A stretch of 21,121 bases of DNA from Chiloscyllium plagiosum (Eukaryota): contig NC_057719.1 of the NCBI RefSeq assembly GCF_004010195.1, forward strand, positions 8,031,280-8,052,400. Direction: 5' to 3'. The position numbers were made by a program, and so were the translations under genes. The notes beneath the pieces are model-generated. The model made no database searches and was not told the origin of the DNA. It saw nothing but the letters and a program-made list of their open reading frames with translations. Shown one piece after another: positions 1 through 10,589 of this stretch. Every line of letters begins with the position of its first letter. The stretch's first letter is position 1.

Positions 1-636
1 ATATAAATACTTTCCTTACCAAAAATGGATGGGAAAGGGTGGCAAATGTATGTTTAGAGGCATTGCCTTGACAATTATGAAGTGTATGCTTAATGCCCTG
101 TGATTGCTCCAATTAAGCTTGGCTGTGCCATTTATAGAGTCAAGTAGAAGTCAGGCAATTGCCTACAGAGGGGAGAGTAAATAATTAGCTTCGCTGTTGA
201 ACTAAGAGAGGAAGATAATTCTGGATCTGATGACTGAGAGTTGGTGCCTGGCATGAGAATATCTACATTTTTAGATGGGAATACTTGTGCTTCCATTTGT
301 AAAATAATATCATTCCAGTCTAGTTTGTGTTCTGTTCAACAGATTATAATTGCACTCGTAACCCAACAGCAACTAATATTGAGAAATATTGAGATTTAGC
401 TAATCGTCTTCAAGCCTGTTGGTGCTTTTGTTTTAAACTGATCACCTGGTGGCTTTTACTAAGTGAGACTTACAGCAAAAAAAGAGTAGTCATTGTATGC
501 TGAATTGGACCACCGGGGTTGGACGTGTAATTATTATTTTGACTTCATTAATTGTTGAACCTTATGCCAATGATTAAACTTAAGAATGCAGAATCAGAAA
601 ATGGCTGTCTATTACTATTTACTTCACCTCTCCCAG

Positions 637-699
637 CAGATAATGTGGCTCCTGTGGGTTTGGGAAATGTTTACTCATCATGTTGCTGGCATGATGAGG
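637..699 (+). CDS. Putative internal coding exon (63 nt, phase 1-1), xDNVAPVGLGNVYSSCCWHDE; product not recognised
   Basis: Pyrimidine tract then tandem CAGCAG acceptor (634-639); strong donor AGG|GTGAGC at 699/700; open frame; phase matches the exon at 1796. Confidence 0.5.
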
Positions 700-969
700 G
701 TGAGCAAGCCTCATCGGACTAGGTGGTAATTTTCTTCCCATCATTTTGGCAGGATATACTTGTGTGTTTCTTTACTGAAAATAAATTGTAAACAACATTT
801 TGAGGAAGAGAGCTCTGTAATTCAAACCTAAGTCTATTAAACTGCACAGAGCAAGCAGTTTAGAATTACTTATGTAAGGTATATGACTGTTCAAATTATA
901 TCAATTAACCCATTTATGCTTTAAGCAGCAATGTGCTGAAACTGGAAGTTGGATTTTGCCTGTTTCAAT

Positions 970-1131
970 GTTAGGTGAATTGGCCATGCTAAATTGCCTA
1001 TAGTGTTATGTGAAGGGGTAAATATAGGGGAATGGGTCTGGGTGGGTTGCGCTTTGGTGGGTCGGTGTGGACTTGTTGGGCCGAAGGGCCTGTTTCCACA
1101 CTGTAAATAATCTAAGAATCTAATCTAAGAA
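970..1131 (+). mobile_element. 5'-truncated shark HE1-type (V-SINE) element, 3' part
   Basis: gtgaattggccatgctaaattgcc body, CR1-shared tail gggccgaagggcctgtttccacactgta and (TAATC)n-like end; recognised from memory of HE1. Confidence 0.85.
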
Positions 1132-1795
1132 TGTTTCTATTTATAATTATTTTCCGAAGAAATAGCCTGTGAACAAATATACATCTTTTAAAACAAAGAT
1201 GCAAGTTTTTGAAGAGCTGTTTCACCCTTGAAATTTTATTAGTAAGTCATTTTTTAGTTTGCTCCCTTTTTAGCAATGAGGTCAAGAATAAATTTCTCCT
1301 ATTGGTATGCCAAATGCCTCTCGTCTTGTGAACAAGCTTAGTCCTTGTAGTATCCTTGTCCATCAGGTGCCAGAGGGGTTAAACATGGAGTATGCTGAAT
1401 AATATCATATTTTGGTTGAATGTCATTTCTGCGAAAATACTGGGACATTTTCTGTTGTCAGATGGGTACATCGAATGAATCATTCTGTCGGGGATTGAAT
1501 TTGTTCAGCTTGCAATTCAGTAGTTAACCTGTGGATTACACTATGGATTTGCTGAAGGGTTTTTTATTCAGAGATGGAAGCTTAGCTGTAATAACACCAA
1601 TTATTCTGTCAATTTGTGTAATATTGTGGCTAGGTTTAGCAGGCAGGATGTGATGAATAGTTTTAGATTCAATTTTGATTTTGCCGTAACCTTTTAATCA
1701 TAATTGTATGCGTTTTTATTTACTCCAGGAAATATTCCTATTTTCAGTGAAACTGCTGATAACGTTTTTTTTTTCTTTTTGGCTTTCTCTCTCAG

Positions 1796-1887
1796 TTTTA
1801 CCCTCGTCTCCCAAACCTGATGATTTGTGCTGGGGTGAACCTCCATGTGTTCAAGTGACTTTGCAGCATAAAACGGAAAATCTGTAA
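1796..1887 (+). CDS. Putative terminal coding exon, (V)LPSSPKPDDLCWGEPPCVQVTLQHKTENL*; product not recognised
   Basis: Branch-like ctgataac (1756-1763), about 28-nt pyrimidine tract, CAG acceptor 1793-1795; phase-1 frame open to TAA 1885-1887 and joins 637-699 in frame. Confidence 0.55.
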
Positions 1888-2572
1888 ACACTGTAAACCT
1901 GATGTATAATCAGAAAGTGGCAGAAATATTCAACTTTCATTGAGGACAGTTCTTATCAACGATATGTCCTCTTTATAGAGGCTGCCTGCCCTGTTATAGA
2001 TTTCTAACATTGTGGTCAAATTTAGTCCTGGCGTATTCCTGCATAGATTAATAATGAGAAAACAGCACCCTGTTTGCTTTATTTTCTCCTTCCCACCCTC
2101 ACGTTGCCAGAAGTCAGTTGCAGCCCACTCATTTAATGTCTTGCCAGAAAAACCCCAATTCCCTATATAAACCAGGGGTTGAACATTGCACATAGTCAAA
2201 TATAATTCAGCAAAACATAGTGCATGCACTCAATGAGTTATCAAGGAGCTTGTTTCATTTCTTTTGCCATCTGAAGCGTTCTTGCAAATACCTATCATTT
2301 GTTATGTGATGATTCTGTATCCTTGGTTCATGCTCGTCTGCAGCTGCAAATCTATTAATAGCACCATATGATTTCAGTGCCATGGAAGATGTGTATTTAA
2401 ATCATTCTGTGCAGTTTGGCATCTGTAAAATCTTCAGTTGTATTTCCTCAAGTAAGGAATTGAGTGAGTTCCCCACTGTTTTTTGAATGGGTCTTTAAAC
2501 TAGACTCCTTCCAGGTGGATGTTAACCATGCTGCTAATTGAGCACCAGCCTGGGACTCTTTCTGATGCTATT

Positions 2573-2680
2573 AGAAAGAAAGAATTTGCATTTATATTGT
2601 GCCTGTTGTGACCCTGGAATGTTCCAAGACATTTTGTTTCCAATGAAATAATTTGAAGTCACAACTGTATTATAACCAAC
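2573..2680 (-). mobile_element. Decayed DeuSINE-like (SacSINE1/AmnSINE1-type) 3' tail
   Basis: aagaaagaatttgcatttatattgtgcc...ccaatgaaataatttgaagt is the reverse complement of the tail type also seen at 18604-18775. Confidence 0.6.
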
Positions 2681-2734
2681 AGTTGTACGTCAGCTCATAT
2701 ACCTAAATAGATTAACTGGATACCTCTTTAAAAA

Positions 2735-3160
2735 AAATTCTACAGATATGAGCATTGTGGGTAACACTAGCATTTGTTATTCACCTGTGAATTGCTATTA
2801 AGAAGGTGGTGGATGAGCTCCCTTTTTGATTCATCAGAGTGGATATTTGTAGGCACATCCACATTTCTGTTAGGGCAAGCATTTCAGGGATAGTGAAACA
2901 GCAGCGATATAGTTCTGAGTCAGAATGGTGTGTGATTTTTAGGGGAACCTATCTCTATGACTCTATGGCAGTGTTCACATGTGTCTGTTGTCCTCCTTGG
3001 TGAGGTGGTGGTGGAAGCTATAGGATTATAAGGTGCTATTAAAGGAGCCTTGATGAGTTGCTGCAAGGTATCTTGTTGCTAGTATTGAAGTTGCTGTGTG
3101 TCAATGGTGGAGAGAGGATAGTGCATAAGGTCTTGATCAAGCAGGGCTGCATTTTTTTAT
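2735..3160 (-). mobile_element. Old 3' fragment of CR1/L2-type LINE (family of 6812-7682)
   Basis: Reverse-complement similarity to about 7300-7670 (aaggagccttgatgagttgctgca, atcaagcagggctgc, agcatttgttattc). Confidence 0.7.
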
Positions 3161-3261
3161 GATCTCCTACAGACAATTAACTTCTAAAAAGAAATCAATT
3201 TTCCAATAGCCAACCTGAAGAAATAACATAACAAGATTTCAGGTTTTAAGGTTTTTACTGT

Positions 3262-3267
3262 AATAAA
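3262..3267 (+). promoter_or_regulatory. Candidate AATAAA polyadenylation signal for the + strand gene
   Basis: First canonical AATAAA I found downstream of the stop at 1887; T-rich tract follows near 3315. Confidence 0.25.
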
Positions 3268-3399
3268 CCACTTGGAAGCAACATTTGCTGAGCATTATTT
3301 TGTCAGCAACTTATATTTCTTTTTTAAAAAGTTAACCCTTGCTAATGCTTTAACACAATTGAAAATTTTACTCCATTGTCATGCTTTACTCTTTTCATT

Positions 3400-3700
3400 A
3401 GGTAGGCACAATTCTCCTTGAATCAGTCCAAGATAATTCTTAACTCCTGATGGCTTGCTTACTTTACTTTTCCTTTTCGAGCTGGATAACCTCTAATCCC
3501 CAAACTGGTTTTCAGAGTAAGCGTTACGCTGGAGAACTCTCCCTCTCACCAAACCTAAAAAAACTTTCCACTTAGTTTGAATCCTCTCAGATTTGGTCTC
3601 TTCATTTTAAGTGTGAGATCCAGCCCTCATTCTTGTCTGTTGAATCATAGAAACATTCTGCTACTCATCAGTCTGTTCTCTCCCCCTCAAATTCTTACAG
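3400..3700 (-). mobile_element. Highly decayed CR1 3' fragment
   Basis: Weak similarity to the reverse CR1 end (cccctcaaattctta, ccctcattcttg) as in 20040-20220. Confidence 0.4.
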
Positions 3701-4331
3701 ACTGAACCTGTCTGAGAAGTTCAGTAAGTATGTTAGGAAAAACCTATAACATAATCTTACAATGACTTCCTTTGGACTTTCTGCCTCTCAAAACCTACCT
3801 TCAAGCAATGTGAATCACATGGGTCTTTTATCCAGGTGAAAATACTACTTAGCTACCCACTAGACCCTCCTCTCCATTCCATTATGAAATTAATAGACAG
3901 TTTAAAGTGTAAATGTCAACATGACATTCGTAACACCTTTCTGGGACTTGTGAGACTGACAGTTTATCCAACATAGATGCTTTTGCCATTTTCTACTGTG
4001 TGAGCACCTTGCACGACGTTGGCTACTTCAGTGTTTAAGGAGTTGGTACTTTGCAATCATCAGCAACAATCCCAACCTTTACATTTCAATCAGGGTAGAT
4101 TTGGGATAATACCCTGAGGAAATTCTGTGACAGGATCTTTGGGCTGAGGTGTTCAACCTTCAACACCTAGAGCTACCTACTTTTGTATTAAGCATTTGAA
4201 ACCTGTGGCATGCAAGTCTTGTACCAATTTATTTCATCTCACTCTAGCAACTTGCATTGCAGATAGTTGTGAAGCTATTCGTGAGCATGCAAGGAGAGGT
4301 TGACTACTTTTTGGGTGTAATGGGAATGTGG

Positions 4332-4522
4332 GCTGAAAATATGTTGCTGGAAAAGCGCAGCAGGTCAGGCAGCATCCAAGGAGCAGGAGAATCGACGTTT
4401 CGGGCATGAGCCCTTCTTCAGCAGCCCTTCTCCTGCTCCTTGGATGCTGCTTGACTTGCTGTGCTTTTCCAGCAACACATTTTCAGCTCTGATCTCCAGC
4501 ATCTGCAGTCCTCACTTTCTCC
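4332..4522. mobile_element. 191-bp fold-back Penelope-like (pLTR-derived) insert with perfect 16-bp TSD
   Basis: About 60-bp inverted arms 4332-4391 and 4428-4487; tgtaatgggaatgtgg at 4316-4331 and 4523-4538; same sequence as the 3' end of the RT/GIY-YIG element at 13201-13328. Confidence 0.9.
4391..4421 (-). ncRNA. Minimal hammerhead ribozyme motif (PLE type)
   Basis: Minus strand reads CUGAAGA-A-GGGC-UCAU-GCCC-GAAA-CG-UC. Confidence 0.7.
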
Positions 4523-5384
4523 TGTAATGGGAATGTGGCAATTATTTAGATCAGTTATAATTTTGTTGAATAGCAGAGTTGGCGCAAAGAGTCAAGTGCC
4601 CTATTTCTCATCTGTGATTGAGTATTCAGGTGCTGGTACTCACATGGTATAAATGTAAGGTACAGAAGCGTTTTATTTCATTAAGGAACATGAACAACAT
4701 AAAAATCCTGAATTTATTTTTCACTTCCAAATGGAAGCTGTGGCATTAGTAGGAAAGATGTAGTTGGTCCGTAGCCTGAGAATTTCTTTGTTCCATTGGA
4801 AGAGCTTTCCTTAGACTGACATAGGAAAACTGACAATCTTATAGGGCTGCAAAAATGAGGTAAATTGCATTCTGGTATCCTCTTAATAAGCAGCTGTCAG
4901 ATTTTGATGATTTACAGCTGGGACATTTATAGGTTGAGTGAAACAAAGCTGACAGAAAATGTCAAGGGACTGTAAGCAGGCATTGCCAGGCTTATACTTT
5001 TCAGCATATCAGGCTTATTGTGAAAGTGGCAGTTATGGGATAATGCTCTCTGGCCTGTCATCTGCAGCTACTGCACTGTTTCTTTACTCCTTGCAAAAAT
5101 ATACCTGGATTGTTTGCATTGATTGCTGTGTAGGGGGTAATGAAGTGATGCAAGCTGTTTCATGCAATTGAGGTACAGTAGTGTTTTGCATCTCTTATTT
5201 CCTTCTGAATCTCCTTCAGCAGGCAGTTTCTGGTTGTAAGGAAAGATTGAAGTCCTGGTAAGACAGTTGGTTCAATAATTTGAAACAATTATGGCTGTGT
5301 TTAAGCAAATTTGAGACTTAGCATTTGTATACTTCTACTCATGAGGCTGCCTACAACAATCTGCATCTGTCTTTGCCTCTGTTC

Positions 5385-5560
5385 ATTCAGAAAGAGACAA
5401 ACCTGCCAAGATGTCCCCAACAAGATGGACCTACGGAGAAATCTATCCAATCATTTATCTTCTGCTAATCATGCTCACTCATGGATCTGAAAAGCTCTGC
5501 GTCCAGGCACAGAATGAAGCCTCCCTTATCTGTCTTCCTGGGTTAACTCTTACAACCTTT
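5385..5560 (+). mobile_element. Possible very decayed Penelope GIY-YIG remnant
   Basis: gagacaaac, ccaatcattt and cttatctgtcttcctggg..actcttacaacc occur in the order expected for GET..HF..LI.LGTLQP; weak. Confidence 0.3.
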
Positions 5561-5890
5561 TTGTTGGTTCTATTTTTCCTTGGTCAGCAAGCAATCTAAG
5601 AATTTAAAGCTGAGCTTAAAATGCACTAAAAATCCACTTTCCCCTTATCTTGCTAATAAGGAAGAAATGGAAGTGTATTAAGTCTAATAACAATGAACAC
5701 TGCAAAGCTTTACGCAGAAAATTAGTAAAAGGGATTTGTAGTTGTTATTTTTCAATGACTTTTAAATAATTGAACATTCCCATTAACATAAAGAGATGAG
5801 AGGTAAATCAAGTTAGTGTTTGTCCTGTGCTTTCATTTTTCAACAATCAAAAGTATCCCTTTCTTGACAAGACAGTGAACGGGGGAGACA

Positions 5891-6811
5891 GTCAGACCTA
5901 ATGACGGCTGAACACAGTCCAATCTCCTGGAAATGATCAGACCCATTGACAGCTGAACCCAGCACAGTCTCCTGGAAATGATCAGACCCATTGACAGCTG
6001 AACCCAGCACAGTCTCCATGAAATGATCAGACCCATTGATAGCTGAACCCAGCACAGTCTCCTGGAAATGATCAGACCCAGTGACAGCTGAACCCAGCCC
6101 AGTCTCCTGGTGGTGATCAGACCCAGTGACAGCTGAACCCAGCCCAGTCTCCTGGAGATGATCAGTCCCTGTGACAGCTGAACCCAGCCCAGTCTCCTGG
6201 TGGTGATCAGACCCATTGAAAGCTGAACCCAGATCAGTATCCTGGTGGTGAACAGACCCAGTGACAGCTGAACCCAGCCCAGTCTCCTGGAAATGATCAG
6301 ACCCATTGACAGCTGAACCCAGCACAGTCTCCTGGAAATGATCAGACCCAGTGACAGCTGAACCCAGCCCAGTCTCCTGGTGGTGATCAGACCCAGTGAC
6401 AGCTGAACCCAGCCCAGTCTCCTGGTGGTGATCAGACCCATTGACAGCTGAACCCAGCACAGTCTCCTGGTGGTGATCAGACCCATTGACAGCTGAACCC
6501 AGCCCAGTCTCCTGGAGATGATCAGTCCCCGTGACAGCTGAACCCAGCCCAGTCTCCTGGTGATGATCAGACCCATTGACAGCTGAACCCAGCCCAGTCT
6601 CCTGGAGATGATCAGTCCCCGTGACAGCTGAACCCAGCACAGTCTCCTGGTGGTGATCAGTCCCCGTGACAGCTGAACCAAGCCCAGTCTCCTGGAGGTG
6701 ATCAGACCCAGTGACAGCTGAACCCAGCCCAGTCTCCTGGAGGTGATCAGACCCATTGACAGCTGAACCCAGCCCAGTCTCCTGGAGGTGATTGGATCCC
6801 GTGATGACTGA
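5891..6811. repeat. Minisatellite, 45-bp unit x about 20, consensus tgacagctgaacccagcccagtctcctggtggtgatcagaccca(g/t)
   Basis: Exact 45-bp register from 5902 to 6802 with no indels; degenerate units at both edges. Confidence 0.98.
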
Positions 6812-7682
6812 CTGTCCTCGGCCCAACCATCTTCAGCTGCTTCTTCAGTTATCTTCCAACCAGCATAAGTCCAGAAATAGCTATATATATCAATGACTGC
6901 ACAACATTAAGCTGTATTCACCAGCTACCAAAGGAGTCCATATCCAAATACAACAAGATCTGAACACTATCTCGGCTTGCCCTGAAAAGTAGCAATTCAC
7001 ATTCGCGTCACACAAGTGCCAGGCAACGACCACCCCCATTAAGAGACAGGCTCACCATTGTTCCATGATATTCAATGGCATAACAATCAATGAATCTCCT
7101 GCTATCCACGTCCAGGGATTGACCAAGGATGTAACTGGACTTGCCAAACAAATGCAGAGGCTTGGAGTCTTGCAGCAAGTAACTCACCTCCTGACTCCTC
7201 CAAGCCATTCCATAATCTATTTGGCACAAGTTGGGAGTGTGATGGAAAATTCCACACTTTACTGTATGAGTGCAGCTCCAACAACACTCAAGAAGTTTGA
7301 TACCGCCCAGTAGTAAGCAGCTCGCTTGATTGAAATCACATCCACATGCATCCATTCCCTCCACCATTGACAATCAGAGGCAGCAGTGAGTACTATTTAC
7401 AAGATGAACTGCAGAAATTCACCAAAAGTGCATCGACAGCACTTTCGAAACTCACAACTGCTTCCATCTAGAAGGACAAGGGCAGCAGGTATGTTGGAAT
7501 ACTACCCACCTGGAAGATCCCCTCTAAGCTACTCACCTGGAATTCCCTCTCTAATGCATTGTGGGTCAACCCACAGCACATGGACTGCAGTGATTCAAGA
7601 AGGCAGCTTACTTCTCAAAGGCATTTAGAGACAGGCAATAAATGCTGGCCATCCAGTGTTGGCACATTTCCTGAGTAAAGGA
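6812..7682 (+). mobile_element. 5'-truncated decayed CR1/L2-type LINE (RT C-terminus and 3' tail)
   Basis: Begins at VLGPTIFSCF (gtcctcggcccaaccatcttcagctgcttc); RT remnants HLLTP..IY.AQV.SVME; tail ggcaataaatgctggcc; stops and frameshifts. Confidence 0.9.
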
Positions 7683-8044
7683 GCTCAGCCCAGTCTCCTG
7701 GAATGACATGGGCTATTTGCACCAACTGAGCCTGAAAGATGTGATTAAAATTTCCACTTTAATTTCAAATTTTATTAATTTTGTCAGAAAGATCAAGCCA
7801 GCATGTTTCTTCATTTAGAGAAATGCATAGGACCATTTAATGTTTTCACTGGTTGATTCCTGAAGATATAGCTGATATTCCTACACATAACAAAGTACAA
7901 ACTATCCAAAACCTTTCCAGTTTACAGGATGTGGGTGCCCGAGCTGATATTTGACATTAATTTCTGTTTTGACTTCTTTCTTTTCACTCCTTCTCTTGTG
8001 GTTCTTGCCAACATGGCAAGCAAATTCTCAGTTGTGAATAAAGC

Positions 8045-8268
8045 AAAGGTAAAGTCAACATAGTCTTCCCAGACCACAGGGCTGCTCTCTCACAGGAGAC
8101 AGATAACTGGTGATGGTTTAGTCTGATGGCACCATGACCCAGCAAAAGGGCGACATTGAGAAGGAGAATCCTTAATGATAATGTCAGCCAATGAGGGAAT
8201 TGAACCCACACTGTTGGCATCATTCTGCATAGCAGACCAGTCATCCAGCCAGCTGAGCTAAAGCAACC
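8045..8268 (-). mobile_element. tRNA-derived SINE
   Basis: Minus-strand A box tagctcagctgg (8260-8249), B box gggttcaattcc (8207-8196), actttaccttt-type tail. Confidence 0.85.
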
Positions 8269-8399
8269 TCAATCAGTTGCCTTCCACCATAAAAAGTGGT
8301 GCAGCCAGTTTAAATTTAAATGCTTTTACTTACTTTTAACCTAAATGAAAAATCCATATAATTTGGATTTGTTCATGTGAATTGATCTAACTGGAAGAT

Positions 8400-9212
8400 T
8401 ACCTCCTCTGTCACCACTGCCTTTACTCTTTGTTCCTGAACTACCTGCTTTTTTCCAACAATGGTGTTTCCTCTGTTCCTGCTGTCACCCCTCCCCTATC
8501 ATCTCCACCACCAAGCCCACTCTTCTTGACCCTGAGTGGTAATTTTCTTGAAGCCAGTGCCCACAGCACTCCAACATCCCTGCTATTTCCACCCACCCCA
8601 TGCACCTTCTTTTCCCGTCCCCAAGACGGAGAAAGCCCCTCTGCAGCTTCTCAACTCCCATATTCTTCCTAAGGTGTGTTGATCAGGACTGAATATACTA
8701 CTCTAGATAGGGCTTACTACCACAGTGTCTCTTTACCCTTTCTACATTTTTGTCATTTCTGCTCACCATACGTTTTCTATCTGTTCTTTCATCCTCCTCT
8801 GTTTTGACTCTTCAATCTTCCCCCTTTCTTGTAGTTTCTGACCACATCCTCCTTCACCACGTCCCCTTGCCACCCATACCTAAAAACGTGGATAATCACT
8901 GCCCATTTTCTTTGCTTTAGTGTCTCTTCCATTCCTCTGCTGGGTTCCTGTCCCATCATCCCTCTTGATTTTGCTCTGTCCCCCATGACATCTCCACTGT
9001 TTTTTCTCCTTGTGCCATCTCCAAGCTTTCCCCTCCCCGTGCAGTCTCCACTCTTTTTCCTGGCCATGCCTTCTCTGCCTCCCTCCACACCGTCTTCTCA
9101 CTCAATCCCACCTCCTTCCCTTTTCCACCTGTCTCTCCTCGTCCCTCTCTTCTCCCTACTTTCCACTACTGTATCCTTCCCCTCTCAATTCTGGATTTAT
9201 CCTTCTCTCATT
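8400..9212. repeat. Low-complexity C/T-rich tract, with a short reverse CR1 remnant near 8660-8730
   Basis: Strong pyrimidine skew on the + strand; no fixed period. Confidence 0.75.
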
Positions 9213-10420
9213 TAATTTAAAAGTTTGCACTGTGATCATGAAAACAAATAATTAAATTTATAAACTGTTATTCTTGCTCCTTTCATTTGCTGCATGATTA
9301 GTTGAGCCTCTGGCTTCTATCATTTCTGTTAATGTGGGATAAAAGTATAAATGAAAATCATTACGACAATTTATTAGAAAATGAGCTGAAGATCCAACTG
9401 CTAAACAAACCATCTTTCAATTACTTTTAATAGACAATTAAGGTAAGGTTACCCACCATTCATCATCAGATTTAAATGAAGGTTAAAATTAGGCATATAG
9501 GTGAGATTTAATTAACTCTGATCTATTTTAGACTACATGCAAGAGACAATGCAAAATTAATTTCCCAATACATCTGTGACCTGTTAGTATTGGCAAATCA
9601 AATTATAGAAGGTTGATTAAAGCAATTTCTGTGGATTGCAGGAGATTTCCAAAGTCTATCAGATCATACAATTTGTTCAGTACCAATAGAGCAGAATTAT
9701 TTTCAACACTTAATAATTTTACTGAACTTGGAAAATTTCAATAGCAGCTGTTCAGATACATTTGACACACTAGAACTCTCAATTGCAGAGGTCAGCTAAT
9801 GTATTTGAAGAGCTGTGCTTCAACCAGAAAGATGCACGATCTGGATATCCATTTATTGACAAATTATGTTTATAATACTGGAGCTTCACTTTGAGAAACC
9901 TGGAACTGTTGTCTTAAACTTTCACATTTAGTTGCAGGATCCTTTTGGGCAATCTACTGGTAATTCCTGACATTGATGGAGTTGGAGAGGTAAGAATGGT
10001 TTGCACAATCAAGATAGCAAAGTGCAAAAGAGCCCTAGAGAAACAAAGGTCGGTAGAGTTCAATGGGAAACTCTCAGCGACCCTGCAAAAGAAAGTACTC
10101 GGAGACAAACTACTTCAACCATACACTTGCCTGCAGGCATTTCCCACAGAATAGACCTTGCTCCAACTAAAGCTGCATCAGTGATCTTCTCTTCCTAGTA
10201 TTGGATCACAAATGGGACTTTTTGTAGATAGTTGTATCTGTAGCTATTTCAATAATAATGCAGTTTGCAGAATGGCCTAACAAAATTCTGGCAGGCTCTG
10301 ACAAATGCAGATAGTATGACACCATGCATACATCAGACAGTGATCATTAAAGTGAAAAGGAAGTCCAATCTTGTCTACTGCCCAGTTCCCTGACTTCAGC
10401 TGTGTGATTGATAATGGGAG

Positions 10421-10589
10421 TGGGGTTGAGAGTGTGGTGCTGGAGAAGCGATGTTTTGGGCATAAGCCCTTCATCAGGAATTTTCTGTCGATTCTCCTGC
10501 TCCTCAGATGCTGCCTGACCTGCTGTGCTTTTCCAGCACCACACTCTCGACTCTGACCTGCAGTATCTGCAGTCCTCACCTTCTCCTCC
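10421..10589. mobile_element. Second fold-back Penelope-like insert with 12-16-bp TSD and decayed hammerhead motif
   Basis: Arms gagagtgtggtgctgga 10428-10444 and tccagcaccacactctc 10532-10548; tgataatgggag at 10409-10420 and 10590-10601; minus strand CUGAUGA..GCCC-AAAAC (core G lost). Confidence 0.88.

Larger units (their letters stand above)
4260..4612 (+). mobile_element. Old CR1 3' end, interrupted by the insert at 4332-4522
   Basis: caaggagaggttgactactttttg ... agatcagttataattttgttgaatagcagag resembles a CR1 ORF2 end and 3' UTR. Confidence 0.45.
5840..7709 (-). pseudogene. Candidate LINE-interrupted repeat-protein ORF: MSFQETGLS (7709-7683) + (GSDHxQETGLGSAVT/N)x20 (6811-5840)
   Basis: Removing 6812-7682 joins an in-frame ATG to the repeat frame in exact unit register; may be fortuitous. 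Confidence 0.25.

Noticed and set aside
961..1140. TSD for the HE1 SINE (tgtttcaat / tgtttctat)
   Set aside because: 8/9 match in AT-rich DNA is too weak to assert
5833..6756. 307-aa RRLGWVQLS ORF as a real protein
   Set aside because: Alternate frame of the same repeat; start lies inside a unit, and the frame hits a stop in the orphan piece at 7686
5891..6811. CRISPR array
   Set aside because: Units are contiguous with no unique spacers; variable parts are point variants; eukaryotic context with no cas genes
5840..6826. Track start codon at 6826 for the 328-aa ORF
   Set aside because: It is a TTG inside the antisense LINE, not a credible start
8196..8268. tRNA gene
   Set aside because: A and B boxes present but no cloverleaf; continues into SINE body and tail
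8430..9255. Overlapping Pro/Ser/Leu- and Gly/Arg/Lys-rich ORFs
   Set aside because: Explained by C/T low complexity, which depletes stop codons
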